DNA of 64,000 nucleotides, taken from IMG/VR virus record IMGVR_UViG_3300027730_001702, positions 2,269-66,268 of that record. One strand, written 5' to 3'. A program made the position numbers and the translations under genes. Of this stretch, positions 27,425 through 38,523 are shown in pieces (position 1 is the stretch's first letter; every line of letters begins with the position of its first letter). This DNA is from a virus. The notes beneath the pieces are model-generated. The model did no database searches. It was given only the letters and a program-made list of their open reading frames with translations, and had not been told where the DNA came from.

Positions 27425-27634
27425 ATGGAAGTGATAAAAAATAAAGCTAGATGGACAGTTTACTCATATAAATGCATAAAACATTACAATGTATCTAACG
27501 AAAATATCTATGACGAGCCAAATGAATATCCATGCCTAGCCGTACCTCAGTTAGTTTCAGATATTAACGGCGCAAGGATTAAATTTAATTTTGTTTATAA
27601 AAAAGATTGTGAAAAACTATTAAAAGCTTTATAA
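27425..27634 (+). CDS. hypothetical protein (likely start MEVIKNK at 27425 rather than 27356)
   Basis: ORF track; TATAAT ends 4 nt before this ATG. Confidence 0.6.
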   Translation: MEVIKNKARWTVYSYKCIKHYNVSNENIYDEPNEYPCLAVPQLVSDINGARIKFNFVYKKDCEKLLKAL

Positions 27635-27663
27635 TGTGTAAGCTAGGTTAGTTCTTTCTTATT

Positions 27664-28049
27664 GGGCCCGTACTGGTTTCGATTTTAGAGATACGAATTA
27701 AAATGCAAGTGGAGGTTGAATCGTGGACTCCTTAAAAAGTTTCACTTATATTAACTGCCAAAAAAGCAAAATATAAAGGTCACATTTCAGCAAGAGTTTC
27801 TCTTGTTGAGCTGACCGCTTCTGTAGCTTAAGTTACAGCGTGATACCCTTGAAGCATCTATTGGGATATTGCGTAATTAGATGTTTGATTATAAAGAGTT
27901 TTTTTATTCTTTTTATACTCAATATTAAAAATAAAATCGCTAAGTATGTTTGTTGTTTATCTATATAAAGCTAAAAACAAAAACGACTAAACTTGTAGTA
28001 TTTTAATTTAAATTTTTAAAAGACAGAGGTTCAATTCCTCTCGGGTCCA
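27664..28049 (+). ncRNA. ssrA: tmRNA
   Basis: GGGCCCG/CGGGTCC-A acceptor with G3:U70, GGTTTCGA, T arm AGAGG-TTCAATT-CCTCT, TAACT|GCC resume context and tag ORF 27757..27831. Confidence 0.93.
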
Positions 28050-28114
28050 AGTTAAATATCTAATAAATTATTTAAGAATTAGATTTTAGCATTAAAAAAT
28101 GTGTATATAATATT

Positions 28115-30292
28115 ATGGCCGAAGATAAAAAAATTGTAGTATTCGGAGACGGTACAAAAGATACCAATCTTGAGAGCGCAGGGTCCTGTGCAAATTGTTC
28201 TACTTATAATGGAGCAAGTAGCCCATTTGTATTTACTCCTATTAATCTTACTTATAAGATTAAAGCTAAATACATTTATGCTAAAGACGGAAGCGAAGAT
28301 ACTCTAGCTTTGACCCCTAACGGAGATACCTACGTTGAGTATAACCTTATGTCAATAGAAAGTATTGATAAAGGAGCCGAAGGAAAAAATGCAGCAGAAG
28401 AATTAAAGAATTATTATAACGACGAGCTTGATCAAGGCGGTGGAGAAGAAGAAATGACAATAGGTTTCGCAGAAAAAGTAATAGCAGAGTTCCATACAGA
28501 ACTATCAAAGTCAAAATGGAAAACTTTTTTTGAAAAGGTAATTAAAAATAGCATAAAGACAGAAAATCTTTTAAAATCAACATTTCAAGATTACATTAAT
28601 CATGATTTTATTACTGACCATAATAGAAAAGCAATATCTTATAGCGGTTGGAGCGGAAACTCAGTTGAAAAAACTTACTCAGTTAAAGTAAATGTAGGCG
28701 TGAAACCAAAATTTTTAAAAAGTTGCACTTTAGAAGACGACAAAAGCAGACTCACGCTAACTAAACCAGAAAAAAAATTCTGTAAAGCATTTTTGGCTGT
28801 CATAGGAGAAGAGAAAGAATTATCAGATGATAATTTTTTATTTGAAGTCACAGATCAATACTCTGAGCCAACTCCAAGAGGATTTTTCGCAACTACTGCT
28901 CTTGGGAAAATAGAAGATCTCGATACCAATGAAAAGTTAATCACTCCTGCTACCATGCTACAAACTACACGAGATTATGAAAAGTTATTAAAAGATGGCG
29001 CTTTTGCTGGTTTTCAAGGAGCGGCAAGTAACGGTGGAGGTCCATTTAAATTTAACAGCGAAGAAAAAGCTTGGAGTATAGGTGCGCAATTCGGAAGTAC
29101 TCGAGTAGAAGTCGAAGCAGATATGAGTGGAGGTCAAGCAAAACAAGATATCTACGTTAGATATAAAATGGCTATTGGTCCTGACGGTAAAATAGGCCAA
29201 ACCACAGTAACTATAGGAGGAAGAAAAGCATCTCTTGGATACGCTCTTCAACAGATTGCTAAAAATATGCAAGGTTGGCTGCATCAGGTCTGGATGTCTT
29301 GGCACAAACCCAATGATTCAAGCAGCTTAGCTGCGGTAGAGCTAGCTGAGGATAACGCTGACAAAGTTAAGGACAAAACTGAAAAATTAAAAGATGACGC
29401 GGAGGTAGCTGCAGACAAGATAGCCGATGCTGCTGGAGCTGTTGCAGGCGCTACCCCTGAGACCGCTGCTGCTGTGGCCCAACAACTGGCATCTGTTAAG
29501 GCCGCGGCTGAGCAGGCAAATACTGCAGCAATTGCTGCACAGACCGAACAAACCATTCTATCAACAGGCTCAGGATCTAATCCCGTAACTTCTAACACAA
29601 ACGAGGGGAACATAAGCAAGGCAGTAACTCAGATTGGTCAAACCATACAACACTTAGATACCGTCATAGAAAATCTTGGTACTGTCCCAGCTAACCTTCC
29701 AGCCGCTCAATCATCAATGACTGCGGCAGTAAATAAATCAGCAGAAGCTAGTAACACAGCAACTGAAGCTGACACCAAAGCCACAGAAGTAAAAACAGAC
29801 GCAACTGGCCTCGTAAACGTCGTTAAAAATCTCACAGAGATAGCAGGATCAGGAAGAGATGTTGATCCAGACACAAGAAATATGCTAAATACATTTGGGG
29901 CGAAAGTCGAAGAGGCTAAAAATGTTGTAAAAGATATAGTAGCTGATAATAATAAAACAGTACCACCAGATTTAATAGATAAGATTGGTGAGGTAATAAC
30001 CCCTGTTCCAGAGGGTAATATACCAAAAACTTCCACACCGAAATCAGATCTTGAAGCCGACACTAGCATAGATTCAGGTGATACAACAAAAGGAAATACT
30101 TCTTTTATATTTAAAGGTTCGGCCACGGAAACACCAAATCCAATATCAACAATTGGAGCTAACGAAGGAGAGGGTTTTAAATCTGATAATAACGAAGGGT
30201 GGCAGAATCCAGAATCCGTAGGATTTCTGCAATTTAAAATAACACCCGCAAATGAGGATAACGAACCACAAAATGGAAAGTTTTCTCAATAA
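28115..30292 (+). CDS. large protein with Ala-rich coiled-coil region, probably virion-associated
   Basis: 725 aa ORF; GTGTAT 8 nt upstream; GC-richer Ala/Thr segment. Confidence 0.65.
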   Translation: MAEDKKIVVFGDGTKDTNLESAGSCANCSTYNGASSPFVFTPINLTYKIKAKYIYAKDGSEDTLALTPNGDTYVEYNLMSIESIDKGAEGKNAAEELKNYYNDELDQGGGEEEMTIGFAEKVIAEFHTELSKSKWKTFFEKVIKNSIKTENLLKSTFQDYINHDFITDHNRKAISYSGWSGNSVEKTYSVKVNVGVKPKFLKSCTLEDDKSRLTLTKPEKKFCKAFLAVIGEEKELSDDNFLFEVTDQYSEPTPRGFFATTALGKIEDLDTNEKLITPATMLQTTRDYEKLLKDGAFAGFQGAASNGGGPFKFNSEEKAWSIGAQFGSTRVEVEADMSGGQAKQDIYVRYKMAIGPDGKIGQTTVTIGGRKASLGYALQQIAKNMQGWLHQVWMSWHKPNDSSSLAAVELAEDNADKVKDKTEKLKDDAEVAADKIADAAGAVAGATPETAAAVAQQLASVKAAAEQANTAAIAAQTEQTILSTGSGSNPVTSNTNEGNISKAVTQIGQTIQHLDTVIENLGTVPANLPAAQSSMTAAVNKSAEASNTATEADTKATEVKTDATGLVNVVKNLTEIAGSGRDVDPDTRNMLNTFGAKVEEAKNVVKDIVADNNKTVPPDLIDKIGEVITPVPEGNIPKTSTPKSDLEADTSIDSGDTTKGNTSFIFKGSATETPNPISTIGANEGEGFKSDNNEGWQNPESVGFLQFKITPANEDNEPQNGKFSQ

Positions 30293-30454
30293 AAAATAAA
30301 CAAAAAATTAATCAATAAAATGTCAAACCACAATATTATAAACGAAGCAGATATAGATATTAAATGTTCTCCTATAGAAGAGAATGTTCCTAAAGAAAAC
30401 ATACAAATAACAAAAAAATAAGAAAAAAATTAATCTTTACTCTATAATAAGTTA

Positions 30455-31420
30455 TTGAACATTCTTTGGCCCGACATTCATAAAAATTTAACTAAAAATA
30501 TAGCAAAAGCATTTTCCTTGCTTGGTCATAATCTCATACTACCAAGCAATGAGTATATACCAACAAATTTACCACCAAAACAATTTAATCAATGGGCATG
30601 GAATAATACTTGGACTCAAGAAAAAGCTGACCTAGAATTTACTACGAAAAATGTAAAAGTCTTAAACAAACAACAAATATTAGATCTTAAACCAGAAATA
30701 ATATTTATCACAAGCTTTGAAACTCAATTTGAAATATTAAATGAAATTTGGCCTCACTTAAAAGAAAAAAGCAAACTAGCTTGCTATAGTGGCAATGATT
30801 ATTGGGACGGAGCTTATCCATTTTATATTATTAAAAATTATCTTTGTGCAGATTATGTTGGTTATGCTCTCGCTAATAAGTACAAAGTAAATCATCTTTA
30901 CTACAAGCCTTGGGTAGACTATGATAGATGCACTTTTGATGGACCAACAGATGGAAATATAGTTGGAATTTATATTTCAGAATACGAAAAGAATTTTAAT
31001 CAAGAATACAACATGAGTAAAACATTACAACAAATTACTCCATATATAGACTACCATTACCATACAAATAGTTCTCAAGAAGAATTAACAAAAACTTTAA
31101 AATCAAGTATTGCAACTCAACATATTAAACATCTTGAAGGATATGGAATATCAGTAATTGAAAGCATGGCTTGTGGAAAACCAGTATTAATGCATCGGCA
31201 AATGGCACAAAACAAAAGTTTAATGAATTGGAGCATTGAAAATGTAACAGCTTTATTTTTTGAAAGTCAGCACGAATATATAGCAAAATTAAAAGCATTA
31301 TACGATAGTAAAGAATATAGATATTTTCTTCAACATACTACGGCTAATGTTATTCGTCAAATCATAGATAATCAAAAAGAAACCGAAAAGCTTGGACATT
31401 TTCTTAATAATCTAGTATAA
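30455..31420 (+). CDS. GT-B glycosyltransferase (GT4-like)
   Basis: EGYGISVIESMACGKPV. Confidence 0.8.
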   Translation: MNILWPDIHKNLTKNIAKAFSLLGHNLILPSNEYIPTNLPPKQFNQWAWNNTWTQEKADLEFTTKNVKVLNKQQILDLKPEIIFITSFETQFEILNEIWPHLKEKSKLACYSGNDYWDGAYPFYIIKNYLCADYVGYALANKYKVNHLYYKPWVDYDRCTFDGPTDGNIVGIYISEYEKNFNQEYNMSKTLQQITPYIDYHYHTNSSQEELTKTLKSSIATQHIKHLEGYGISVIESMACGKPVLMHRQMAQNKSLMNWSIENVTALFFESQHEYIAKLKALYDSKEYRYFLQHTTANVIRQIIDNQKETEKLGHFLNNLV

Positions 31421-31429
31421 TTTCACATA

Positions 31430-32266
31430 GTGAAAATCTGGCTCTGCGGAATAACTCAAAATGAGAAGCAGAATATTGATGATATGACAAAAGATATATA
31501 TCAATATTTTGATGGTTTAATTTTTGTAGATGGTGGATCAACAGATGATACATTAGATATATTAAATGCAAGAAAAGGTCAAGGAAAGGTTATAAATAGA
31601 GAATGGTCTAACGACCATGACCTTCAAATGAATGGTTTTTTAAGAGCAAATGTAATGCAAAATGGCGATTGGTTTATTATTCGGGATAGTTGCGAAAGGC
31701 TAGATATAGATTGGGTTAAGAATTTACGTAATTTTATAGAAAATTTCTTAGAAAAGAACAAAGTAAATAGTTGCGTTGACAGACAAAAAGCTTTTCTTGT
31801 TAAATATTTTGATGATATGATATTTCAAGGAAGTCCTCATTGGGGTTTACAAGGAATGAAACCAGGATATCTTGATCTTTATGAATATTACGGTAAAAAT
31901 CAACAATTATTCGCATGGGAAGAAAGGCCATCTCAAAGAAAGCATTATATTGATAGTGATATGAAATATTACTTTGTTTACGGAAGATCTAATCATTGCG
32001 TTCTTCATTATTACGATAACGGTAAAACTCCAGAAAGATATCAACAACAAGAAGAAATCAGACAAACATTTAGAAGGTATTGTCAAGATTTAGGAATAAA
32101 GTTTAACCTAGACTCATTAAAAGAATATTGGAGAAATAATGCAATTGATGAAAAAATGAAATTCTTTATTAACAACGAAAGATTGATAAGGAGATTTTAT
32201 AGGTTGAATATCTTGAATCATTCAGTAGAGCAAATTGATTCATCAGAAGAATGGACACTAGAATGA
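31430..32266 (+). CDS. GT-A glycosyltransferase (GT2-like)
   Basis: QNE, FVDGGSTDDT, RDSCE. Confidence 0.75.
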   Translation: MKIWLCGITQNEKQNIDDMTKDIYQYFDGLIFVDGGSTDDTLDILNARKGQGKVINREWSNDHDLQMNGFLRANVMQNGDWFIIRDSCERLDIDWVKNLRNFIENFLEKNKVNSCVDRQKAFLVKYFDDMIFQGSPHWGLQGMKPGYLDLYEYYGKNQQLFAWEERPSQRKHYIDSDMKYYFVYGRSNHCVLHYYDNGKTPERYQQQEEIRQTFRRYCQDLGIKFNLDSLKEYWRNNAIDEKMKFFINNERLIRRFYRLNILNHSVEQIDSSEEWTLE

Positions 32267-33162
32267 AGTTAGTAGATTGTTTCATGTATTTTAATGAAAA
32301 GGATATTGCATATTTAAGGATTAAAGAATTATATAATGCTGTAGATTATTTTGTAATTAATGAAGCTACGAAAACGCATCAAGGACAAGAGAAGCAGCTA
32401 TCTTTTTGGAAAGATGATAGATTGCAAGAATTTAAAGATAAGATTTTTTACTCAGCGATAGAGCTAGATGGAAGATTTGACGTTTTAATGCCAAAGTTTT
32501 TTCCAGATGCAAAAATTGGAGCTAAAGAGCATGAACAAAGAATTAGACTCTTTGAGCAAATTGAAACATTAAATTTAGATAATTCAGATACGATAATGAT
32601 CTCTGATTGTGATGAAATCCCTAATAAAAATGTTTTTCAACAGATGGTAAAAAATCCAATCGTTGCATTAAATCAAATGTTTTTTGTTCATTATATTGAT
32701 TTTTATACAAACAAAAATGTAACTGGAACTGTAGCTTGTAAATACGAAGGATTAAAACATTTAAATACTCTATGCTTTGGAATGGGATTTCAACTTTTAA
32801 GACGAGATAAAGATTTTATGCCAAGAATAGAGAATGGTGGATGGCATTATTCTTATATGGGCGGAGCAAAGTCGGTAAGTCAAAAAGTAGTTTCAACTTA
32901 TGATGGTAATTTAGATTCTCAATGGAAAACAGAACAAGCAGCCCAACAACTAATTGACGAAAGCATTAAGAATAGACAAAGTCCATTTTCTCAAGAACCA
33001 ATCACTATTCTAGATTTTAAATACGCAACATTTACTGATTTAAATTTCATAACAGCAAAACAAGGCGGATGGCATAAATCATCAGCGAGATGTCAATTAC
33101 ATCCTAAAGTATTAGAGCTGGACTTCAATGGAGATTTCCAAAATTTAAGGTATATAAAATGA
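32251..33162 (+). CDS. GT17-like glycosyltransferase
   Basis: DCFMYFNE, FVINEA..TH.G..K, SDCDEIP, GGWHYSY. Confidence 0.8.
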   Translation: MDTRMKLVDCFMYFNEKDIAYLRIKELYNAVDYFVINEATKTHQGQEKQLSFWKDDRLQEFKDKIFYSAIELDGRFDVLMPKFFPDAKIGAKEHEQRIRLFEQIETLNLDNSDTIMISDCDEIPNKNVFQQMVKNPIVALNQMFFVHYIDFYTNKNVTGTVACKYEGLKHLNTLCFGMGFQLLRRDKDFMPRIENGGWHYSYMGGAKSVSQKVVSTYDGNLDSQWKTEQAAQQLIDESIKNRQSPFSQEPITILDFKYATFTDLNFITAKQGGWHKSSARCQLHPKVLELDFNGDFQNLRYIK

Positions 33163-33863
33163 GTAATCCTTTTGATTTTTTTGAAGAAATTTATTGCATT
33201 AATTTAGCTTATCGTACGGATAAGTGGAAAATGTGTCTAGAACAATTCGAAAAACTAGGTATCCATAAAAGAGTAGAAAGATTTGATGCCATAAAATTCG
33301 AAGGATCACATCCTAATGTAAATATTCGTTCAGCTGGATGTTTTGCGTCTCATAGAGCAGCAATCAATTTAATTAAAGAGCGTAACTTAAATAATGCTTT
33401 AATTTTTGAGGATGATGTTGAATTTCTTAATGATGTAAATAATCAATTATCATTATCTTTAGAAGATCTTAAAAAACAAAATTCTTGGGATATATTTTAT
33501 CTAGGTATGCATGTTGGATATGGATTTGATATTTCCAGACCAAATGACATTCCACTAGAAAGAGTTAGTGAAAATTTATTAAAAGTTAATGTAGCGCTAT
33601 GTGCTCATGCTCAAGCATATAGCAGAGAAGCAGCTGAAATTATTAGCTCAAATATTCCAGCAGGACAAGAGATTATACCTTGGCTCCAAAGAAATGAAAG
33701 CGTAGATGGATGGCTAATGCGACACATTTTACCAAGAGGAAAATCATTTTCTACAAATGAAATATTAGCAACACAAAAAGAATGTTTTTCTGATAATAAT
33801 CTAGTAATCACAAGATTAGATAAGCATTTCGTTACTGAATTTAATAAATTAAAACCATCATGA
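33159..33863 (+). CDS. GT25-family glycosyltransferase
   Basis: YCINL..RTDK, ERFDAI, GCFASH, LIFEDD. Confidence 0.85.
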   Translation: MSNPFDFFEEIYCINLAYRTDKWKMCLEQFEKLGIHKRVERFDAIKFEGSHPNVNIRSAGCFASHRAAINLIKERNLNNALIFEDDVEFLNDVNNQLSLSLEDLKKQNSWDIFYLGMHVGYGFDISRPNDIPLERVSENLLKVNVALCAHAQAYSREAAEIISSNIPAGQEIIPWLQRNESVDGWLMRHILPRGKSFSTNEILATQKECFSDNNLVITRLDKHFVTEFNKLKPS

Positions 33864-34669
33864 TAACATTTTCTCAATTAGGTAAATATGGCGCAATTGG
33901 AAATCAACTTTTTCAATATGCTACCTTGTATTCTATTGGTAAATTAAATGGGTATGAAGTTAAAATTCCAAAAACAGAAGAACATTTTGATGAAGGTACA
34001 TTTAGAATACAGCACTATTTTTTAAATTGTTTTGATAATATATCAGCGAATATTCTTACAGAAGAAGATTTGAAGCAAATAAAATATACCGCCAATTGGT
34101 CTTATAATTTTTACAATAAAAATATATTTACAATACCAGACTTTACTAATTTAGAAGGATATTTTCAATCTTATAAATATTTTAATATCTTTGAAAATGA
34201 CTTAAAAAGACAATTAACTTTTAAAAATGAGATAAAAAACTCTGTATATAATAAACATAATATAGATTTTAGTAAATTTTCTTCTGTTCATTTAAGATGT
34301 GGTGATTATGCTCATAGACAACAATATCATCCAGTAATGAATAAAGACTATTACGCAAAAGCTTTTGATATAATCAATTCAGAGAATTACCTAGTATTCT
34401 CTGATACAATGCCTAAAGCCAAAGAAATTTTCCAACAATTTAATAATATTAATTTTATTTATATAGAAAATAATCACGCATTTGAAGATATGTATTTAAT
34501 GTCCATCTGCCAAAACAATATTCTTGCAAACAGTAGTTTTGCTTGGTGGGCTGCTTGGCTTAATAAAAATAACAACAAAGTAGTTGCACCATCAAATTGG
34601 ATGGGACCAGCTTATAATGGTCAATGGAATATAGATGATCTAATTCCACAAAATTGGAGTATCGTCTAA
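33860..34669 (+). CDS. GT11 alpha-1,2-fucosyltransferase-like
   Basis: GAIGNQLFQ, GYFQS, VHLRCGDY, NSSFAWW. Confidence 0.88.
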   Translation: MITFSQLGKYGAIGNQLFQYATLYSIGKLNGYEVKIPKTEEHFDEGTFRIQHYFLNCFDNISANILTEEDLKQIKYTANWSYNFYNKNIFTIPDFTNLEGYFQSYKYFNIFENDLKRQLTFKNEIKNSVYNKHNIDFSKFSSVHLRCGDYAHRQQYHPVMNKDYYAKAFDIINSENYLVFSDTMPKAKEIFQQFNNINFIYIENNHAFEDMYLMSICQNNILANSSFAWWAAWLNKNNNKVVAPSNWMGPAYNGQWNIDDLIPQNWSIV

Positions 34670-34670
34670 T

Positions 34671-35279
34671 ATGCTTTTATCTCTAGAAAATTTAATTAAT
34701 AAATATAATTGCAAAATCAATGGAGTAATGCATATTGGTGGTCATCATGGCGAAGAACATGAGTCATACAAAAAGCATAATATTCAAAATATTATTTACT
34801 TCGAGCCAATGAAATCTTCATTTGAAATATTAAAAAATAAAGTAAAAGATGAAGCCTTAGTTATAAATAAAGCTCTAGGAAATGAGAATAAAAAAGTACA
34901 AATGAATGTAGAAAAAAATAATCAAGGCCAATCTAGTTCAATACTTAATCCTAAAATTCATTTACAACAATATCCATGGATTCATTTTACAGACAAAGAA
35001 GAAGTAGAGATGATGAAATTAGATGATTTTGAATTTAATAAAAATAATTATAATTTTATAAATATTGATGTTCAAGGTTACGAACTAGAAGTATTCAAAG
35101 GCGCTAAAAATACATTAAATAATATAAATTATATAGTCTCAGAAGTGAATCGAGCAGAAGTTTATGAAGGATGCCCGCATATTAAAGATTTATGCGATTT
35201 CTTAAAAGAGTTTGGGTTCGAACTAGAAGAAGTTTGTTGGGCTGGAGAAACTTGGGGTGATGCATTTTTTAAAAAATAA
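34671..35279 (+). CDS. FkbM-family methyltransferase
   Basis: HIGGHHGEE, FEP, NIDVQGYELEVFKG, WGDA. Confidence 0.85.
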   Translation: MLLSLENLINKYNCKINGVMHIGGHHGEEHESYKKHNIQNIIYFEPMKSSFEILKNKVKDEALVINKALGNENKKVQMNVEKNNQGQSSSILNPKIHLQQYPWIHFTDKEEVEMMKLDDFEFNKNNYNFINIDVQGYELEVFKGAKNTLNNINYIVSEVNRAEVYEGCPHIKDLCDFLKEFGFELEEVCWAGETWGDAFFKK

Positions 35280-36140
35280 ATGAAAAAAATTTTTAATCTT
35301 ATAGATGGACACTTTGCTCACGATAAATATTCAGTAGCGGCCAGAGATTCTAAGCATATAGAATGGGATAGATCTTTAAATAATCTTAATTCTCCAACTT
35401 TTTATTCTCATATGAAGATGTTTGATATAGATAAAATTAGAAGCGAAAAAGAATTATCATATGGATGGGTTTTTGAATCCCAAGGAGTAGAGTCAATCTG
35501 CTACCAATCAATAGAACAAATAATACCTAAATTTAATAAAGTTTTTACTCATAGTTCAGATTTATTAAATAAATATGAAAATTGTAAATGGATTCCAGGA
35601 GGTGGAATATGGATAGAAGGTAGAGATGATTTGCCACATGGAGAAGGAAAAATCGCTATTCATGATAAAAATAAATTATGCTCAATGGTATCCTCAAACA
35701 AACAAATGTGCAATCTACATTTAACAAGATTAAAAATAATGGAATCAATAAAAAATAACAATAAAATTGATAAATTTTTTGCTACAGGAGGAAATATTGA
35801 TCAAGGTTGGATACCTATTTATAGGACATTAAAAGATTATATGTTTTCAATTGTTATTGAAAATTTTATAGATGACCTATATTTTACAGAAAAAATATTA
35901 AACTGTTTTGCTACTGGTACAATTCCAATATATCTTGGCGCAAGAAATATAAATTGTATTTTTGATAAAAATGGAATACTTCAATTTTCTTCTTTAGAAG
36001 AATTTAATAATATTATTGATAAATTATCACAAAATGATTACAATTCTAGAATAGAAGCAGTTAAATATAATTTTAATAAATGCTTGGAATTCAAATCAAT
36101 AGAAGACTATATATATGAAAAATATTTTATTACTGGGTAA
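35280..36140 (+). CDS. GT10 alpha-1,3-fucosyltransferase-like
   Basis: YMFSIVIEN, YFTEKI, GTIPIYLG. Confidence 0.8.
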   Translation: MKKIFNLIDGHFAHDKYSVAARDSKHIEWDRSLNNLNSPTFYSHMKMFDIDKIRSEKELSYGWVFESQGVESICYQSIEQIIPKFNKVFTHSSDLLNKYENCKWIPGGGIWIEGRDDLPHGEGKIAIHDKNKLCSMVSSNKQMCNLHLTRLKIMESIKNNNKIDKFFATGGNIDQGWIPIYRTLKDYMFSIVIENFIDDLYFTEKILNCFATGTIPIYLGARNINCIFDKNGILQFSSLEEFNNIIDKLSQNDYNSRIEAVKYNFNKCLEFKSIEDYIYEKYFITG

Positions 36141-36990
36141 AGGTTATATTGGATCAAGTCTCTCGGACTATCTTATTTCAAAATCAGACATAAAATCAAA
36201 TATTTATTCTAAAAAAGATTTAAATTATTTAGATTTTAATACTTTAAATAAGTACCTCCAACAAAATCAATCCATCAAAATAGACTATATTATAAACTGC
36301 GCTGGATATACTGGAAGACCAAACGTAGAAGGATGTGAAAACGATAAAGAAACTTGTTGGAAATATAATGTAAAATTACCTATTATTTTAACAGAAATAG
36401 CTTCTCTCTGGGACATACCAATTATTCATATTAGTAGCGGATGTGTTTATAGTGGATATGAAAAAGATTATACAGAAGAAGACGAACCAAATTTTGGAAT
36501 TTACAATCAAAATAGTAGCTTTTATAGTAAAACTAAACATGCATGCGAACTATCATTAAAAAATAGTAACTCATATATTTTTAGAATAAGGATGCCATTT
36601 TCATATAAATCTTCTGAACGTAACTATATAGACAAAATATTAAAATATGATAATTTAATCAGCTATAAAAACAGTTTAACTAATATTGATGATCTTAATG
36701 AATTTATTTATAAATTTATAAATTTGCAAAATAAACCAGAATATGGAATTTATAATGTTACTAATCAAGGTTATGCTACGGCCAAAGAAATCGTAGAAAT
36801 ACTCAAAAAGTATAATTTGCAAAATAAGAATTGGAAATTTTTAGATCAAAATCAAATGAATTTTAAAGTTTTAAGAAGTAATTGCGCTCTTTCTACAAAA
36901 AAAATTAAAAAACTAAATTTAGAGCTACCTAATATATATTATAGCATGGAAAACTCTATTAAAAACTATGACAATTTGCACACTATTTGA
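36115..36990 (+). CDS. NDP-sugar reductase/epimerase (RmlD/NRS-ER-like SDR)
   Basis: LLGKGYIG, NCAGYTGRPNVEGCE, SSGCVY, YSKTK. Confidence 0.8.
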   Translation: MKNILLLGKGYIGSSLSDYLISKSDIKSNIYSKKDLNYLDFNTLNKYLQQNQSIKIDYIINCAGYTGRPNVEGCENDKETCWKYNVKLPIILTEIASLWDIPIIHISSGCVYSGYEKDYTEEDEPNFGIYNQNSSFYSKTKHACELSLKNSNSYIFRIRMPFSYKSSERNYIDKILKYDNLISYKNSLTNIDDLNEFIYKFINLQNKPEYGIYNVTNQGYATAKEIVEILKKYNLQNKNWKFLDQNQMNFKVLRSNCALSTKKIKKLNLELPNIYYSMENSIKNYDNLHTI

Positions 36991-37909
36991 TTACAACTAT
37001 CTAGATAAAGGCTTAGTAATGATAGAATCATTATTAAAACATGATCCTGAATTAGAAATTCATGTATTATGCCTTGACGATAAGACTTTTGACATTTGCA
37101 ATAAAATAAAAGAAATTAAAGCTTATTCATTACAAGATTTAGAGAAAGAAGATCAAAATTTATTAAAAATAAAAAATAGAAATATAAAATCAGAATTAGG
37201 AGATTGGTATGATTTAGGTGATCATGCGTATTATTGTTATTCCTTAACTCCATATTTTACAAATTATATATTAGAAAAATATAGTAAAGAATCAGTTTTA
37301 TATTGCGACTCTGATTTAATCTTTTATGAAAATTTGAATACTTTAAAAGAAGAAATAAAAGAAAAAGATTGCGCTATAGTAACTCATAAAAATGAATCGG
37401 CATTTTATAAATACGAATCGAGAGTTGGAATTTATAATGTTGGTATTATTTATTTTAAAAAATCAAATTTAGGAATATTAATATCTAGATTCTGGAGAGA
37501 TTTAATGTTTGATTGCGCTAATCAATTTGCTCAATCACATGGAACTTGTGGAGACCAGAAATACTTGGAGCTTTTTGAGCCGCTTTTTGGAAAACACAAT
37601 ATTCATGTAGTTGAAGGTAATATTGCTCATGGAGCTCCATGGAATTTTGAGAATTATACATTTTTAAATGAACGAGACGTAATTTATAAATTTAATAATG
37701 CAAAACAAAGAATTTTATTCAATCATTTTTCGCATTTTAATATAAAGAATGAGAAATGGTATTCTGCATATAAAGGCGAATGGAATCCAGAAACTTTAAA
37801 TAAATATGTGCATGATATTTATCAAGATTACTATGATAAAATACTTGAAATAAGAAATAAATATAGTATAATAGAAGAACATATTTGCCCATATCCAAAC
37901 TCAAAATGA
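36968..37909 (+). CDS. GT-A glycosyltransferase (GT8-like)
   Basis: CTLFDYNYL, YCDSDL, YNVG, GDQKYL, APWN, HFSH. Confidence 0.75.
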   Translation: MTICTLFDYNYLDKGLVMIESLLKHDPELEIHVLCLDDKTFDICNKIKEIKAYSLQDLEKEDQNLLKIKNRNIKSELGDWYDLGDHAYYCYSLTPYFTNYILEKYSKESVLYCDSDLIFYENLNTLKEEIKEKDCAIVTHKNESAFYKYESRVGIYNVGIIYFKKSNLGILISRFWRDLMFDCANQFAQSHGTCGDQKYLELFEPLFGKHNIHVVEGNIAHGAPWNFENYTFLNERDVIYKFNNAKQRILFNHFSHFNIKNEKWYSAYKGEWNPETLNKYVHDIYQDYYDKILEIRNKYSIIEEHICPYPNSK

Positions 37910-38523
37910 ATAAAGAAATGAAATCCGCATGGTACAATAAGGATATACTCTGCTCTGAAATGATAAGAGGAGCATTAGGATTAAATGGATGGGCTAGATT
38001 AGAGCATTCTGGTCATTTTAAATATCTAGATACATTAGTTCAAAAAATACATATTAAAACTTTGCTAGACTTAGGATGTGGTGCAGCAGAATTAGGTAGA
38101 GTATACCAAAATAAATATGAATATACAGGATTTGATTTGGAGCATATAATAGAAAATGTAGCAAAAACAGTAAATCCACAGTTAAAATATGGGTATTTTG
38201 ATGCATATAACTCAGACTTTTCTTTTTTGAAAAACAATGATTTAATTGTTTGTAATAGCTTCTTATCTGAAATGGATACTCCAGTAGAAATATTAATTAA
38301 AATATTAAATAATATTGATAGATATTTTATAATACATAGACAAATTTTCTCAAATGAACCAACCAATACTGTAAAATATGGCACATATGGAAACCTAGAA
38401 ACATCTAGATCAATCATAAACTTTAAGGATTTTGAGAATATAACTAAAGAATTTAATTTAATATACAAAATTGATATGCCAGAAGATCTTGGTAGTTCAA
38501 TTTTACTAGAAAGAAAAAAATGA
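37885..38523 (+). CDS. class I SAM-dependent methyltransferase
   Basis: LLDLGCG, YTGFD. Confidence 0.75.
   Translation: MPISKLKMNKEMKSAWYNKDILCSEMIRGALGLNGWARLEHSGHFKYLDTLVQKIHIKTLLDLGCGAAELGRVYQNKYEYTGFDLEHIIENVAKTVNPQLKYGYFDAYNSDFSFLKNNDLIVCNSFLSEMDTPVEILIKILNNIDRYFIIHRQIFSNEPTNTVKYGTYGNLETSRSIINFKDFENITKEFNLIYKIDMPEDLGSSILLERKK

Noticed and set aside
28988-30126. Minus-strand ORFs inside the 725-aa gene, and similar antisense ORFs elsewhere (e.g. 12382, 24781, 38040, 47675, 48437)
   Set aside because: Shadow ORFs opposite well-supported genes, with no motifs
30320-30421. 33-codon ORF MSNHNIINEADIDIKCSP...
   Set aside because: Too short and featureless to support
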